Shown here: positions 11,742 to 26,177 of the stretch, piece by piece
How the letters are laid out: each line of letters opens with the position of its first letter
Position numbering within the stretch: the first letter of the stretch is position 1
DNA from: Chiloscyllium plagiosum
Lineage: Eukaryota
Direction of reading: 5' to 3'
NCBI RefSeq assembly: GCF_004010195.1
Contig: NC_057718.1
Span: 18,930,588-18,994,587 of the forward strand
DNA: 64,000 nt
The notes under the pieces: generated by a model
Told to the model about the DNA's origin: nothing
The model's database searches: none
The model's input: only the letters and a program-made list of their open reading frames with translations
Program-made: the position numbers and the translations under genes

Positions 11742-11859
11742 CCACCCCACCCCACCCTATCTCTTTAATGCTGCATTTCCCATGGCTAAACTACCTAACT
11801 TGCACATCCCACCATGATTCACCATGAAGAGTAAAAATTATGATTTTGCCTCTATAATG

Positions 11860-12075
11860 GAGTCTGCAAGTTCCCTCCCAAGTCACATGATATTCTGACT
11901 TGGACAAATATCACTATTCCTTTGCAGTCATTACCATGCTAATCCCAAATGGGAGTATCATCATTATAAGCACTGCAGCAGTTAAAGAAAGAAGCGCACT
12001 ATTACCCCTTTCTGTGGGAAATTAAGGATGGACAATAAAAGTTGCCTTACCAATATTACATACATCCTCAGAAAC
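11860..12075 (+). mobile_element. CR1/L2-superfamily LINE 3' tail fragment
   Basis: tgcaagttccctcccaagtcac...attctgacttgga...aattaaggatggacaataaa, matching the tail of the second LINE family. Confidence 0.65.
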
Positions 12076-14759
12076 AACATACAAAAAAGAATTTGTCAGG
12101 ATTTCAAATTTCAGTATTGCTGAAAAAAGACTCACTTTGTCAAAGCCTCATTTCTCAGAGCAAAGTTTTTACCAATCAGAGTCACCCCACCTTGTTTAAA
12201 ATTTAAACAAAGCGTGGCAGGTAACCAGCCCTCATCTATTGATGCATGCTCCATTGCAATGCCTCTGCTTAATACAGTCCACTTCCCAGTCAATCTGTTA
12301 TTTTCCTCTTTTATAATGTAAATGTTGTTTTCCCTTTACTTTGGTATTTCTTATGAATTATTCCAATGAGTGCCATATGAAAAGTTTGACAAAATGTGCT
12401 TTTTTTTCATACAATACTTGAGTTCTGTATTTTTAAATTACTTTCAAATTTTATTAACAAGTGCACTTTATATAGCAGGAAAAATTTAATATTAAAGCAA
12501 TTGACCAAATAAATATTACCTGCAGATTCCAGTTAGGCTGATCTGGTTATTTCATTGAGCACATCTATAAATGTGTTCTTTTTGAATGTATCTGCAATGT
12601 TAATAGACAATGGAACTGTTGCAATTCCTCTATTCTTTTAGCTCATTCCCTTTGGGTTTTTGGAAGATAATTCTAAGTTTTTTTCTTATTTGGAGTTATA
12701 GATTTATGTCAATATTACATAAAGAATCTATTCTGTCCATCAAGCATGTGCCAGCTGTTTAAATATTCATCCCACTCCCTAGCTCTTTCCATACAGCGCT
12801 GCAATATTCTTTCCTTTTCAAATCGACATGCAATTACATTCAAAAATTACTATTGCATCTGCTTCCAGAAATCTGTCAGGCAGTACAATCCTATTTGCAA
12901 CAACTTGATGCATAAAATAGATTCCACTCATTTGGTTCTTCTCCCAATTACCTAAAATCAGATAGTTGTGCTTAACTGCTTCCCTCAAGTGATTAATTAA
13001 ATTAGAGCAAACTCATGAAAGTATTCATTTTTATGGTCTCTTTCTATGTTACTATTAGTAAGATATACAGTGACTGAATGCTGACGACTTGAGGATGGCC
13101 CTGATGTGTGATAAAATCCATTCACAATCCACTGTGGTCAGTAGACTGACAATGTCAGGGTGATTATATATGGTCCAAAAATAGAATCAGAACTTTGGAA
13201 GTGCTAATCCACTGAGTTTTTTTCCATCTGTAATTTGCATTGCCTAAAGCAATACTTTTGTTATTCCATAGAAATTTGAAGGTTGATGTATTAAGGTTAT
13301 TAAAAATAATTTAGACAGATATATAGGCAACATCTGGAATATATACTACAATTGTAGAAGCATGCTTAGATTCAGAGCCATTAGCATCCCAAACAAATGT
13401 GCCCTAACTTTTTTTGCTGCTGATTGGGAGAGATCCCCAGTAAATAGAACAAGAAATGGGAAGAGTTATCCTCCTCTGTTCTAGTTTTATAATTCCCTTT
13501 GGCAACTATTTAAAAGGAAAAATTATGTTCTACTTTTACAAATGAGCAGTCCTAAAGCATCCTCCAGAATTTCTGCAGCTAATCTCATAACCAGAAAACA
13601 CATGATATTCAGATGTAAAGTTTGACAACTCAGTGGCAAAAGTCTCTTTTTTGATGTATACACTGTGTAATATCATCATGAAGCATCCTTTCATTGAAAT
13701 CAAACCATTGTTAATATTTGAACTTTCTAATGTCTGGACTACAGGTTGGCCATTGCAACATTAACAAGTAGGAAGATGATGATGAGACACCTTCTTCTGG
13801 TTACTATGTATTTGTAACATTATGAAGAAAGCCAAATGATTCCTCATTTTCAGTGTATACTTTAGTCTCTCACCCAATCCTCTTTACAAAAAAATGGAGC
13901 AAGTGCTGACCAAATTCCATCATCCAATAAGATCTTGTCTGATCTTATAACACAAGTTCACTTTTCCACTCTACCTCTATAGTATCCAAAATCTATTGAT
14001 CTCAGTCTTGAACATCAGGGTAGAAAATCCAAATTTTCAGAAACTTCTAACTGCAGACATTTCTCCATATCTCAGCCCATAAATGACACAACCTTTATCC
14101 TGATCCTCGTTTTGGGATCTCTTGCCAGATAGGCTGCACAAATGAGAACAGTTTTAATGAGCATGTTTTAATCTATCATTTTGCCAATAGATTACACATC
14201 AAGAGTTATATAGATTTCTCATGGCATTCTTCTAATATTTGCTGCTATTGAATCAGTACATTCATAGAGCAGCAAATAGATTTGTAAATTAACACAGAAA
14301 TGGGCAGATCAGCAAACAAATAAATAAATGAATTAAGTGGTAACAATGTCTTAACACATTGACATTGAGCAGTTGGCACCAGTGTTTTAATGATTTAATA
14401 GCAAAATGAACAATGTACGGGATCACTAATGTAAAGGGGCAATGGGCACAATTGTACTAATGAACTGATAAATGATCAGCTATCAACTATTCAATACATT
14501 GTCATGCATCAGGGAATTAATAAAATCAAAACACAGTAAACAGTGAATTAATAAATCAATATTTTTCCCCTAAATATTGGGAATGTCAAAATCTTGCCGT
14601 ACGGTTGCCACAAATCCTCTAGCTCCCTGGAAAGTGGCTGCTTTAGGCTGATCCAGATGGTTTACAACAGCAGCATTCCAGCTTCTGACCCCATGTTCTT
14701 TCCATCATCAAAATTGCCTGCTTTCACTTTCCTAACAGTACTCCTGGCACTTCCACAAC

Positions 14760-15240
14760 TTTCTCAAATCATCTAGTGCTAAAACTATGCTTTTATTCAT
14801 TATAAATTAAGTAATCTAATATTTCCTAGCCTCCCAACATCCACCTTCCATAAATTTCAACTCATCGAAAACCCTGTTACACTTGTCGTAGCCTACATCA
14901 AGTCTTTCTTACCCATTATCCCTGTCCACTTTGGCTCCCAGCTTAGAATGTTCATTCATATCTTTTAAATCCCTTCATTGCTCCAAATTCTCCAAATCCT
15001 CCCTCCCACATTCACCAACCACTGCAATCCATGCCTTCAGCTGCTTAAGTCTCATATTTCAAATTTGCTGTTTAAGCCTCTCGTCCTTCCTATCTCCTCA
15101 ATCCACTTAGAATTTGTCTCTATTCAAGCTTTTTTGTTGCTCTATTGAAGTCCCCTTCTTTGGCTTCTTTTTGTCCTTATCTTCCTGCAAAGATCTTTGG
15201 GATCTTTTTCATATCAAAAATGCAACAAGTGATTGTTAAT
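14760..15240 (+). mobile_element. Degraded L2 LINE 3' region
   Basis: Remnants of the L2 RT C-terminus (..caactcatcgaaaac.., cccattatccctgtcc..tggctccca, i.e. QLI.N/ITPV/WLP) and ccatgccttcagctgc. Confidence 0.5.
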
Positions 15241-15544
15241 GGAACAGAGAACACAGGTTAAGTTAAAAACTTTGTAAAGCATTAGCAGATCCGTTCTTTA
15301 TTCAAATTATTTTGTTTACTGTTATGTGGTGAGATTAATCGACCTGTGGAAAGATTATCATGGTGGTATTACCGGAAGGCTTGGAAAAATGGTTGCAGGT
15401 ATAGATGAAGTCCGATTACACATTGATAAATTAGAGACAAAGTAACAAATTAATGGCAACAATCAAATATTAATAACTGAGGTGACTAATTGTAAGTTAC
15501 CAAATGAGGACCAAAGATTAAACATTAAGAATAAGGCGCTGTTA

Positions 15545-15885
15545 ATGAAGCCTTAAGAATTTGCTTTAGTGCATCTTGTGGAAGGTACTCAAAGCTGACA
15601 TTATGTTCGGGTGATGTAGGGATGAATGCTTCAAGGGGAAATGGTGTGTCAACCATCACCTGAATGGTATTGAACTTCGTGAGCATAGCTGGAGCTGTAT
15701 TCATCCAGACAAGAGGCTGTGCCTTGTGGATAGTTGACAGGTATTGGGTTAGTCGAGTTGTGAATTACATATTACAGAATTTCCAGCCTCTGGCCTGCTG
15801 TTATATTTATATTAGCTTACCCAGTTAATTTTCTGGCATTGGTAACCCCTCCAGAATGTTGATGTTGGAGGATCAGTGATGGTAA
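15545..15885 (-). mobile_element. CR1/L2-superfamily LINE fragment
   Basis: Colinear with 7200-7500 and 26030-26175. Appears to continue after the PLE at ~16270-16390. Confidence 0.6.
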
Positions 15886-15904
15886 CCTGATGAACTTCAT
15901 AAAG

Positions 15905-16258
15905 ATGAGGAAGGACATCACTTTCGACTGGAACAACACATCCATCCTAGGACAAGCCAAACAGAGACGCACAAGAATTCCTCGAAGCATGGCATTCCAA
16001 CTGGAAATCTGTCAATAAACACATTGACTTGGATGCCATTTACCACCCCTGAGAAAAAGAGCAGGAAATGACATCACCACAGGAAATGACACCACCACAG
16101 GAAATGACATCACCAACCCAAGGAAACTTAAACATATAAATAGAAAGCAGGCCATACCACTGGTGCTTCCTCGGGAGGCTCAATGATGATGTTACCTAAC
16201 ATGGTGACGAAATGCCTGAAAAAGAACCTTCCAGCTCAGTGAGCAAACCTATATCCAG
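15905..16258 (+). mobile_element. PLE 3' fragment, second family (endonuclease C-terminus plus terminal repeat)
   Basis: Frameshifted peptide FDWNNTSILGQAKQR..EFLEAWHSN, homologous to 26178-26482. Three copies of the 18-bp unit caggaaatgacatcacca at 16062-16115. Degenerate hammerhead atgatga-t-gttacc..ggtgac-gaaa at 16181-16218. Confidence 0.75.
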
Positions 16259-17554
16259 TTACATTCACATGCTAGAGATGGCCATTGGCTTCAATTTTCC
16301 TAAGGCTTTTTGATGCCACACATGGCAATATATAGACTTCATATTAAGGGTGATCATTCTCACCTCATCTCTTGAATTCAGCTCTTGAGTGTTAGATGTT
16401 TTAGATATTTTCATTGGATCAAAAGTTCATCTTCATGACCATATGACTTTCCAGATTCAGTGCAGATTCAGAGCCAGTGAACCTCAAGTCTCAATAGTGT
16501 TTTGCATAAAATCAATTCATTGAATATCACTTAGCTTGGTGTAGTCCAAATTACTCAGGACTTTCACTTCTGAAATCTTTTTCTTTGTCACACATTCCCA
16601 TGAGAAACGGAGTCACTCCAGCAACTGGAGGCTCCTCATCACATGAACTTACCATTGCCTCGCTATAGGTTTGAACTTTTGAAAATCAAATTTTGCTGTT
16701 GAAAGAAAACTAGCTATAACCAAGAAAAAAATGACAGCAGGTTTATGTGCAGTTACTGTCTTGCAAAGTCCTGTAGGACCCAAGGAATGTCACACCTAGA
16801 ATGTGAAAGAAACTTCAGAGACAGAAATGCAACAGGATTAGATAAGAGGAGGCTGACTATCTCCCTGCGCTCAGCACAAAACACTCTTGGAGATTTTTTG
16901 TGTTTTGGCCTTCCAGGAATATATTTTTAAAAATTAAGTAAAGGACTGCAATGGTAGTGTATGTGAACTATGCTGTGAATATCATGGCATCAAGATCAGC
17001 CATTTACAAACCCCTGCTTTGTGGTTAAGAGAATGAGGCAAGATCATTTCCTAGTCTGAGTGCTTCCCTTCAGCCACTTCTGAAAGGAATCAGAGCAAAG
17101 AATTTCAATTGATCTGCAAAATAAAGAATCTCAGAATTGCCTATTCAAATGTGAATATCAACCCCATTGGTGACATTCACTGAATTGACCATAACATTCA
17201 ACTATCCACACTTTATAAACAATTCAGAGACCGATCTATACATATTTTTCAAACTTGGCTTTTTAGAATCTCCTCTTGTTTCTAATCTGTATGCATATGT
17301 GTTATGTTACTCTTTCTTCCTGTGCTTATTGATTAATACATTCACTCAAACAGTAAGTGTATGAGGTGTGATGCTAGGGTGCTGGGAAGGCAGGCTAACA
17401 GCTGGGGAGAGCTAAGCGTTACAAGTAAATAGGGTGCCAGCTGGCGAGAGCTAGGAGTCGGGGGGAGGCTCCCGGATAGATAGGGATATGGTGATAGGCA
17501 TGTAGGCTGCTAGCTAAGTAGGTTGCCAGGTGGATAGGATACCAGGGTGCCAGG

Positions 17555-18181
17555 TATTATGGACCAGGCCAGACCCCCTCAAAACATTTCAAAAAGGTAG
17601 CCCAGACTCTAACTTTTCTAATTGTTTTAAACAGACGTAAGGTGGACATTCCAGGAGTAATGCAACCGGTCAAACCACTCAGTTTTAAACAAAACAAAAT
17701 TTATTTACAGACTACTGAATGAAACACAAGCAAAAGAAAACAGAATTTAAAATAACAGCTATTTGAAAGCTCGACCAACACAATATTCCCCGCAACTTAA
17801 CAAAAATTGTTCCGATTTCCTGCAACACCCCATAACTCACACCTTGGCAAAAGGGTAAATTCAAGCACAGTTTCTTACAGGAGAGAAAAGTTGCAAAGAG
17901 GATCAGCCAGAGACCATTGGCTGAAACACAGAACCTCTTTTTTTTCCCAGCAGCTTCTCAGGGTCCCCACCTAAAACTAAACCAAACTAGAAAAATCCTT
18001 GAACTGGGAGAACTGGCCACTCCCCTTTCATTGTGCAAATGTTTTAAAAAAACTAGGCAGTATTTGTTAGCCATGATCAAAGTAGCCTAACCCCAGACAA
18101 ATCAGAACCTTTGCTTTTTACGACCCATTTTGAAAAAAACCAAGGACAACATAACCTTGTTAAAAGAGTAGCATCATCACA
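17555..18181 (-). mobile_element. Solo LTR with 4-bp TSD
   Basis: t(a)ttatggaccaggccagacccc...gcatcatcaca flanked by CAGG at 17551-17554 and 18182-18185. Same LTR family as 33656-34277. Confidence 0.92.
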
Positions 18182-19389
18182 CAGGAAAGTAGGAAACCAA
18201 CTGGGTAAGACGTCAGCTGTGAAGGAGTTGGGCTGCCAGGGTACAGGTTGTCAAGGATGCAATATTTCCTGTTGGTTGGGGTGGGAGAAATTTGGTCTGG
18301 TGAGGGGATAGGGAGGGTAAATATCAGGTCTGGGATGTTCAGCAGTGATGGGAGGGGATGGGATTGAGTTTAGTCCATCAGCAGAGGTGGGGTGAGTCAG
18401 GCAGTAGATTTGGAGGTCAGTCCTGGAGATGAGGGAAAGGTCCCAGGAGTGTGCTGGGTCAGGTCTACGGTGGGGTGCAGTTGGGGACTGAGATAAGTCT
18501 GTTGAAAAGTTTCCCAGGTGTTCAAACAGGTACTGCACTAACAGGCCCAACTTATCCGGTGTAACTAGTTTACTTAGTTTCATTAGAATCCTCTGAAGAG
18601 ACTTTCAGAGGATCCAGATAGAGGAATTGCCTGCAAAATCTTCAATTTTGTCTGCTACAATAGGTATTCCATAGGATCCTCATGCATAATTCCAATGAAT
18701 GCTGGAATAATGTTTGCCTGGCCTTCAGAAAATCCAGGCCAAAATCATCAAAACATGCAGTACAGAAGAGGTCCTTCAGTTATCAAGTCTGTACCGTTAA
18801 AAATATACTACTACCTATGTTAGTCCCACTTTCCCACACTAGGCGCATGGCTTTGAATGCTATGACAAAAAGAGAGAGAACATTTTCAGAGTTATGAGAA
18901 AGGCCATGAAATGAGACTAAATGAACCACTCTTGAAGAGAGCTGGCACTTAAATAATGGGCTTACTTATTTTTTTTCTGTGCTGGAATCATTCTCTGTTT
19001 AATCATTCAAATCATTGTCTAATAAGACTTCAGGTAGCATGAATATTACTTCACCTGAATCCCAGCAGCTGGTGTTACTAAGCAATGTAGCATTAAGTAA
19101 AACTGCAAGATCAGGAATGACAATGCCATTGTTCCTTTCATTGTATTGTTATCATTGCGTCTATTCATACATTTAGGTTTTCCCAATTAAATTGTTTGTT
19201 TCTTAAAATGCCTCGTGGACTCAGTGCCCTTACATTTTTTATCAAACAGGTCACTTTAATTTTAGATGCTGCTTTTAGAATTAAAATTCAGGTTTTAAAA
19301 ATAGAAGCATTTATATTGCTACAGACCCCTCATGTGTCAATATATGATTGGACCCATCATTTGGAAATATATATTTGAATCCCTCATTT

Positions 19390-20030
19390 GTCGAGTTGGA
19401 AAATTAAGATGCGAGAAGGACCCAAGATGCTGCAAAGAGATATAGATGTTGAGTGAGTGAGTAACACAATGGCAGATGGGAGTATAATTTTGGAAAATGT
19501 GAGGTTATTCATTTTGGTTTTAAGAATAGAAGACAAAATATTTTTAAAAGGTGTGAAATATATAAATGTTGATATTCAGCAAGGCTTTGCTGTGCTCGTA
19601 CATGTAGATACAGCAAGAAATTAGAAAGGAAAACGGCATGTTGATCTTTATTGAAAAGAGATTCGAGTACAAGAACAAAGAAGTCTCTCCACAGTTGTAC
19701 AGGGCTTGGTAAGACCACACCTGGAATACACATGCTCAGTCTCCATATTTAAATATCTATTTGCATTGGAGGCAGTACAATGAAGAATTACGAGATTGTC
19801 TTCAAGGAGTAGGAGTGCTCCCCAATAAAGACCAGCGAGTACATCTCTCTCTGGAATTTATAAGACTGAGAAGCAATGCCATTAAAACATCCAAGGATCT
19901 GAAGAGAACTGTGGGACACAGTGATCTGGTGGAAAAGTGGAGTTAAGCTCAGGAGCAAACATGATTTTATTGAATGGCAGAGCAGGCTCAATTTGCTACT
20001 GTGGTCTCCTCCTGCTGCTATCTCTTATGT
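19390..20030 (+). mobile_element. Old degraded CR1 LINE 3' part
   Basis: LQRDID, WQM and cagttgtacagggcttggtaagaccacacctggaata motifs, with tail gaatggcagagcaggctc..ctcctcctgct. Confidence 0.7.
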
Positions 20031-20729
20031 TGTTGTGTTCCTATTTGATTGGTTCTTTGTTTGTCAATTTATAATTTATCCCCTCATCTCTCAAAATATG
20101 ATTGAATACCTGCCATGCTGGATATATACCATTATTTTAATATTTAAAACATGCTGTTTTATACATATAAACACTATAGCTGAAGGTGACCAGTTAGACT
20201 GCCTATTTGAAAAATAATGCTTTATGATTTATTTTGGTCATAATATTTCATATTAAACAGCTGCAAGTTATTTCTCTATAAACTTGCATGAATGATTATG
20301 CAATCATTATTGTTGCAGTGTGAATACACCAATGACACAAAGTACACTGCCAGCTGCTGTTGGCACAAACAATACCCAAACTGAATAAAACCATCCTATT
20401 AAGTTAAATTAATGTCTGCCACAAAACTGACAGATACCATGGGAGTGATTTCAGTGCTGTGATCTTATCTTGTGTTGTCAATGTTTAAAACATTAACTGA
20501 ACGCTCCATTATTTCATTGCCTTGTTATCACTCTCATATATCTGTAATGCTCCAGTATTGTGAATAATGTTCATGAAATAGTTTGTCGAAGTCCTTTGGC
20601 AGTAATGAAATAACATCCTTAAAATAACAATCCAACTGGAATTAGATTTTCATTTCGTTGTTCAATTAATTTCATTTGCTTCAGGAAGTAACATTTTCCT
20701 AATATTATTACCAAGTGACAGAAAACTCT

Positions 20730-21165
20730 CTGCATGTCTGGATGAGTGCAGGTCCAAAAACATTCAAGAAGCTTGACACCATCCACAACAAAAAAGCTCA
20801 CTTAGTCAGCACCCCCTTAATCACCACCTTAACCATTCACTCCCTCTACCACCAGTACACCATGGCAGCAGTGTGTTCCATGTAAAAACAAAAGGTTAAT
20901 TCTTTTCAACAGCCACTTCCAAACCTGTGACCTTTAAAATGTCAAAGAACGAGAACACCACAACTTACGAATTATCTTCTGAGACAGACAACATTCTGTC
21001 TTGTATTGTCATCCTTTTAGTGTTGTTAGATAAAAATCTTGGAATTCCCCTCCTAACAGTACTGTGAAGTATCTATATCACATAGACTGTAACAGTTCAA
21101 GATGTTGATTGACCAGTACATTCTCAAGGGTACTTAGCAACAAATGCTGGTCTTGCTAGTGATGT
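20730..21165 (+). mobile_element. CR1/L2-superfamily LINE 3' region
   Basis: tggatgagtgca..aagaagcttgacaccatcca encodes WMSA..KKLDTI. Tail ttctcaaggg..aaatgctggtcttgctagtgatg. Confidence 0.75.
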
Positions 21166-22703
21166 TTCTTTGTATTGAAAGAGATACAGAAAAATATGGT
21201 TCATTCATTTTTCTAACCAAGACTGGTAACGCTGTATGATCACAGGCAATCTTTAAAGATATCACTTTTGAGAATTTTCACTGAACTCTTATGAGGAGAG
21301 AGGCCCAATGTTTGAGGAAGAAGGCTACAAATTCTGGGTTTTAATAGAAGGGGTTAGATCCTGTGGGCCTACTGAATCAAAAGGGCCTAAACCATTTGAG
21401 ATTTCTCATGGGGGTACAATCTCAGCCAGAAATGTTTGCCAGCCAAATAATATGAGCACTGGTCCCACCATAGTTTCTGAGTCAGTATTATCTGCATAAT
21501 TTATAGAAACTCCTGGCATGGGAAATGCTGCTGTTTATTAGCTAGACCATTTGAGGATGGAACATAGTGGTCCAAAATTAAATGGAGCGTAAACCACCAG
21601 ATCCCAGTTTTCCCTTGCCCTTCAATTTGAAATTTTTTGCATTGCAAATTTCTAGAACTGTGAGCTAGGAATGGCATGGCATAAACAAAGGAGCATCTTG
21701 GGTCCTGGTGAATGATAACATCGGCAGTTTAACTCCATATTTAAGGAGATTTAATGACAGAGAAAGAAACAAAAGAACTCTTGAAAAAGAAATGTGGTGA
21801 TGCAAAATGAAATCAAGTACAGAAGGAGAACTAAAGGGTTGAAGTTTCCAAGCTCTGTGATAATAAGCTTGTAAATGGAGTTGGGGAGCTGGGCAGAAAG
21901 TAGTGGGGAGCTGTATTGAAGTGAATCCTTGACACAGTCCTATTGAAAGGGACATTTCTAAAGGAAAGCTGTCCTTGAAATGTAATCAAAATGCTGTGGA
22001 TCCTGAAAATTTGAAAAGAAACAGTTTACATGTTGAGTCCATTATGACTCCATTTATAAAGAAGATTAATACTACAATTGAAATGTTAACTCTGTTTCCC
22101 TTTCCATAGATGTTGCCAGACCTGCAGACCTTCTTCAGCACTTTGTTTTTACAGCACTAAATGGGCAGACAGTTGAATTGATTATGGTCTGTATTTATAA
22201 GCACAAAGGCAGTTTGCTGCTGAGGATGGAGACCCTGTGATGAGCCGAGCTCACCATCACTATGGAAGTGGACTCCCTGAAATAGAGAGAGGTCACCCAG
22301 CAGATCCAAGAGCTCCATATCCTCAGTAGATGATGTTGGTAGGAATGACGACATGAACATCCCAAACATTCATTTCGTAGGGTTCCCTAATCTTCATCCA
22401 GTGCTAATGTTTTTGCCCCTCAGAACCTGCAATTTAAATGTACTTCTCAACAGGTGCCTTCACATTCAGGTGCCATTTCAATTTCCGACTTTCCTCAGCA
22501 GCTTCACCAATGGAATTAAAGCAGTGGGAGACTGTCTGTCATTCTAATAATCCCCAATCTGGTGGCTGTCTCCATGATGATTAATCGACTGCACTACTGA
22601 TATGTGAGGCATTGGGCCCATATTTCAGCCTACAATTTAATCCTGCACAACTAAGAATTCACAATTTCAATTGTTCTCCTGTTCTGGTTGGGGATTGGCC
22701 ACA

Positions 22704-23213
22704 CATAGGTAGGATGTTATTAAATTGAATGGGGTTCAGAAAAGATTCACCAAATGTTGCCGGGTCTGGATGGTTTGAGTTAAAAGAATAGGCTGGATAG
22801 GCTGGGACCTTTTTCACTGAAGCAAAGGAGATTTAAGAATGACCTTTTAGAGGTTAATTAATTCATGAGGTGCACAAATAAAGCGAATAGCAAAGGTCTT
22901 TCCCCTAGGGTGGGGCAGTTCAAAACTAGGGGACATATTTTTAAAGTAAGAGGAGAAAGATTTAAAAGGGACCTGAGGGGCAACCTTTGCACACAGAGGG
23001 TGGTTTGTGTGTGGAATGAACTGCCAGAGGAAGTGGTAGATGCAGGAACAGTTATAACATTTAAAAGACATTTGGACAGATACATAAATAGGAAAGGTTG
23101 AGAGGGATATAGGCTAAAAGTAGACAAGTGGAACTTGTTTAGCTTGGGAAACTTGGTTGGCATAGACTAGTTGGACTGAAGGGTCTGTTTCCATGCTGTA
23201 TGACTCTATGACT
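22704..23213 (+). mobile_element. CR1 LINE 3' end
   Basis: ORF 22865-23101 (KTRGH.FKVRGERFKRDLRGN..TQRVVCVWNELPEEVV) is the CR1 ORF2 C-terminus. Tail tatgactctatgact. Confidence 0.92.
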
Positions 23214-25111
23214 GTACATATTGGTAGCCAGTGACACCAACATTTTGCAGCTGTTCTATGACAAAAAAAAATTATCATTAAAAGTGTACTTACACTGTTC
23301 TAAATGCCAACACTAATATTATAGTGAGTTCAATTGGTAATTGTGCATAAATAGAGCAGTTTCTGGAAATTTAAGGAGACTTCCCATTTTCACAACCCCG
23401 ACAGCAGAATAACACAAATTGTCTATGAATTTGTGATGATTCACAATTAAAGGTATATCACTTCTTCTCTACAAATTGCTGGATAAGATACTCAATAATA
23501 GCTGCCTGATTATTAACACTGCTGTTATTTTGCAGCAAACATTAGTGGTCCTCGTGCTCATTTTAAAAAGCTGCTAATGAATCTAGGAACTATTGCACAG
23601 AGTGTCTCAGTCTGGTGTAAGCTGTAGAGTTTTTTAAAGCTCCAGGTTTTCTCAAGTAAATGTAGAAATATTCCTTCAGGAAACTATGAGCAATAATGAA
23701 GAAGGATCCATTTGGAATGGAGGGTGAGAAATGAGCTCGGAGTCAGTCACACAAGATACCCATGGCTGCAAATGCAAATTCAATGTTTCGCACAAACTAC
23801 CTTGCAAGCAAGATGAATTCTAAAGAGCTTACCAGGTCAAGAAAGGTAAGAAGAATCAGCCAAGTTCATAAACATCCACTGCATTAATATGTTCCCATGT
23901 TCCTATGCATTAAATGTGTAAGACATTTACAATCATCTCCTTTTACAGTATTCTGCTTGAAATTACTGGGCACAATATTGAATGATAACAGTTAAAATAA
24001 CCATGAAATAGAAAAGTATATTTTAGATTTTATAAACACAATCCCTCTTTGCAAAGCAAAAACAGCACATCATTTGCTAAGATAGTCAAGTTTCATTCCT
24101 TGCTGAAAATCCTTATTGAAAAACAAATGTTATGTTTGAAAGATCTGGATCCAGTGCAACAAAAGCTGCGGTGATTGATTCTTAGCATGAAGAATTGATA
24201 AGATACAGGCTTAGGGTGTCACCCCGACAGCTGGCCATCAAGGTAGGTGCCAGTACAATGTTCTCTTACACATCATAGGCTCACTCAGTAGTGGGAGCCA
24301 ACTGTCTGGCTGCAAGCTTGGTCAAAAGAAACTTAACAGAAACTGAGTGGGCCCTTTACATTGAAAGTACTCACTCTTCATTTAACGCTTTCCCTTCGAG
24401 CAATTCGGGACAATGTCCTGCTGATTTTCAGGCCATGTGGGTTGAAAAGTGTAAATACAAAGTTTCAAACACTGCTTTTTAGTAGTTCCATTTGCTTCCA
24501 CTAAACACGTACTTAACCCAAGTATAACTCTGATCTTAGCATAGAATTCCAATGCAGCAAACCACTTTTCGTTCACTCCCATGCCATAGAACCCCTGATC
24601 CAAGCATAACAAGCTTCAAAAGTAATTCCCAATGCAAGCAAAAATACCATCCAATTACCTGTTTCTGAGTGTTCAGCATGCTAAATACAGGCAACTCCTT
24701 GTGCATGTCCATCCCTCCCACTCAGTTTCACTTCATGATGGTAACACATTTCAACAAACAGATCACATTTGGATCAAATTTTGTATTAATAAATGTCTTC
24801 AGTGGTCTGGGCATGGATTAAATTGCTGGCTAAATGATTGAATGGCTGCAGTACAAAGATTTGGAAATTGCCTGTTTCTGCTGCTCACAGAAATCACGCT
24901 CCAAACATAACACTTCTTGCCAAATCAGAACTTGACTGTAGTAAACCAACTTGTGACAGGTCAAATCCACAGAAAATTGCACAAAAAACATTTGTCTTAG
25001 GTTGTGTCAGTGGCAGCATGAACAACTTTATTTCATTAAGATCCTACTAGTGTACTGCTTATAAAACTCTTAACTGAAAAATGCTTGATCTGCTGCCATC
25101 TCTCTTTCATG

Positions 25112-25225
25112 AAGCTGATATTCCACTGCAGAACTGAAGGAGCACAGCACATTCAGAGGTTCCATCTTTCAGATAAGACATAAAACTAAGACCCCATTGT
25201 CTTGCAAATAGACATAAAGACCCCA
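25112..25225 (+). mobile_element. DeuSINE (SacSINE1/AmnSINE1-like) Deu-domain remnant
   Basis: gctgatattccactgcagaactgaaggagcacagcacattcagaggttccatctttcagataagacataaaactaagacccc resembles the Deu core as I recall it. Not database-checked. Confidence 0.55.
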
Positions 25226-25851
25226 GTTTTCACCAGTCAAAGAGGGTGTCCACCATGGCACAAGTCTCACCCCAAACCCAGTATCATTCATATTGATGAA
25301 GTGAAGATTGGGGACAGTCTGCACAGATCCCAGAGGTAGCTAGTTATTTAAGTGATCAGCTCCCTCCAAGAGAATCAGACTTTGTGCCCCCAAATGGGGA
25401 ATCCAAAGCGCGGATATTAAATCAGGTAAAAGCCGGTCTATTCTCAGTGCCTTTGTTTGTGTGGCCAGGATACCCTGTTGGAGAGCTGAGGTATTCTGGT
25501 GGGTATGGTCTCAGGGCATCTTGAACGTTGGGGTCAAGGATTTTTGGAGGGGAAGAGATGCCTGGTACACTTTGTGGTGGGGTTCAGGATCAGCTGAGAA
25601 GTGTCCAGAGGTGTAAAACTGTGCATTTATGAATAGTGTTCTCAACGATTACAGTCTATAATTTAACTTGCAGAACAATATCTTTCTCACATGTGTATAG
25701 GTATTTGTGATTTTTTTTATTTGTACTTGGCTAGGCTAACATTTATTGTCCATCCTCACTTACCCCAGAAAGATGGTGATGAGCTACCTTCTTGAACCAA
25801 TGAAATTCATGAGGTGTAGGAACACACACAGAGCTGGTAGGGAGGGAGCTT

Positions 25852-25919
25852 AAAAATGTGTTGCTGGAAAACCGCAGCAGGTCAGGCAGCATCAAAGGAA
25901 CAGGAGAGTCGACGTTTCG
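25852..25919 (-). mobile_element. PLE terminal micro-fragment truncated inside the hammerhead
   Basis: gctggaaaaccgcagcaggtcaggcagcatc..ggagagtcgacgtttcg, flanked by a short agggag(c/t)t repeat. Confidence 0.75.
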
Positions 25920-26177
25920 AGGGAGTTCAAGTCAGGATGGTGAGTGGCTTGGATGGGACCTTGTAGGTGGTGATGTTTCTATGTACCTGCTACCCTTTTC
26001 CCTCTATGTGTGTAGAAGTCATGGTTTTCTGCCGAAGGAGACTTGGTGTGCTGATGCAGTGCATGCTTTAGATGGTAATCACAGCTGCAACTATGCATCA
26101 GTGTTGGAGGGAGTCAATGTTGAGGTTGTCAGATTGGGTGCCAATCAAAGAGACTGTTTTGTCCAGGACAGTGTTGA

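Larger units (their letters stand above)
11536..11810 (-). mobile_element. SINE 3' fragment interrupted by a PLE micro-insert
   Basis: atcatagaatccc..caggccactcagcccatcgagtccac and catggctaaactacctaacttgcacatccc match the SINE tails elsewhere in the window. Confidence 0.7.

Noticed and set aside
12140..12430. Further very degraded PLE-like termini (also ~150-320, ~21990-22150, ~45610-45695)
   Set aside because: Resemblance is too weak and the hammerhead cores too decayed to call by eye.
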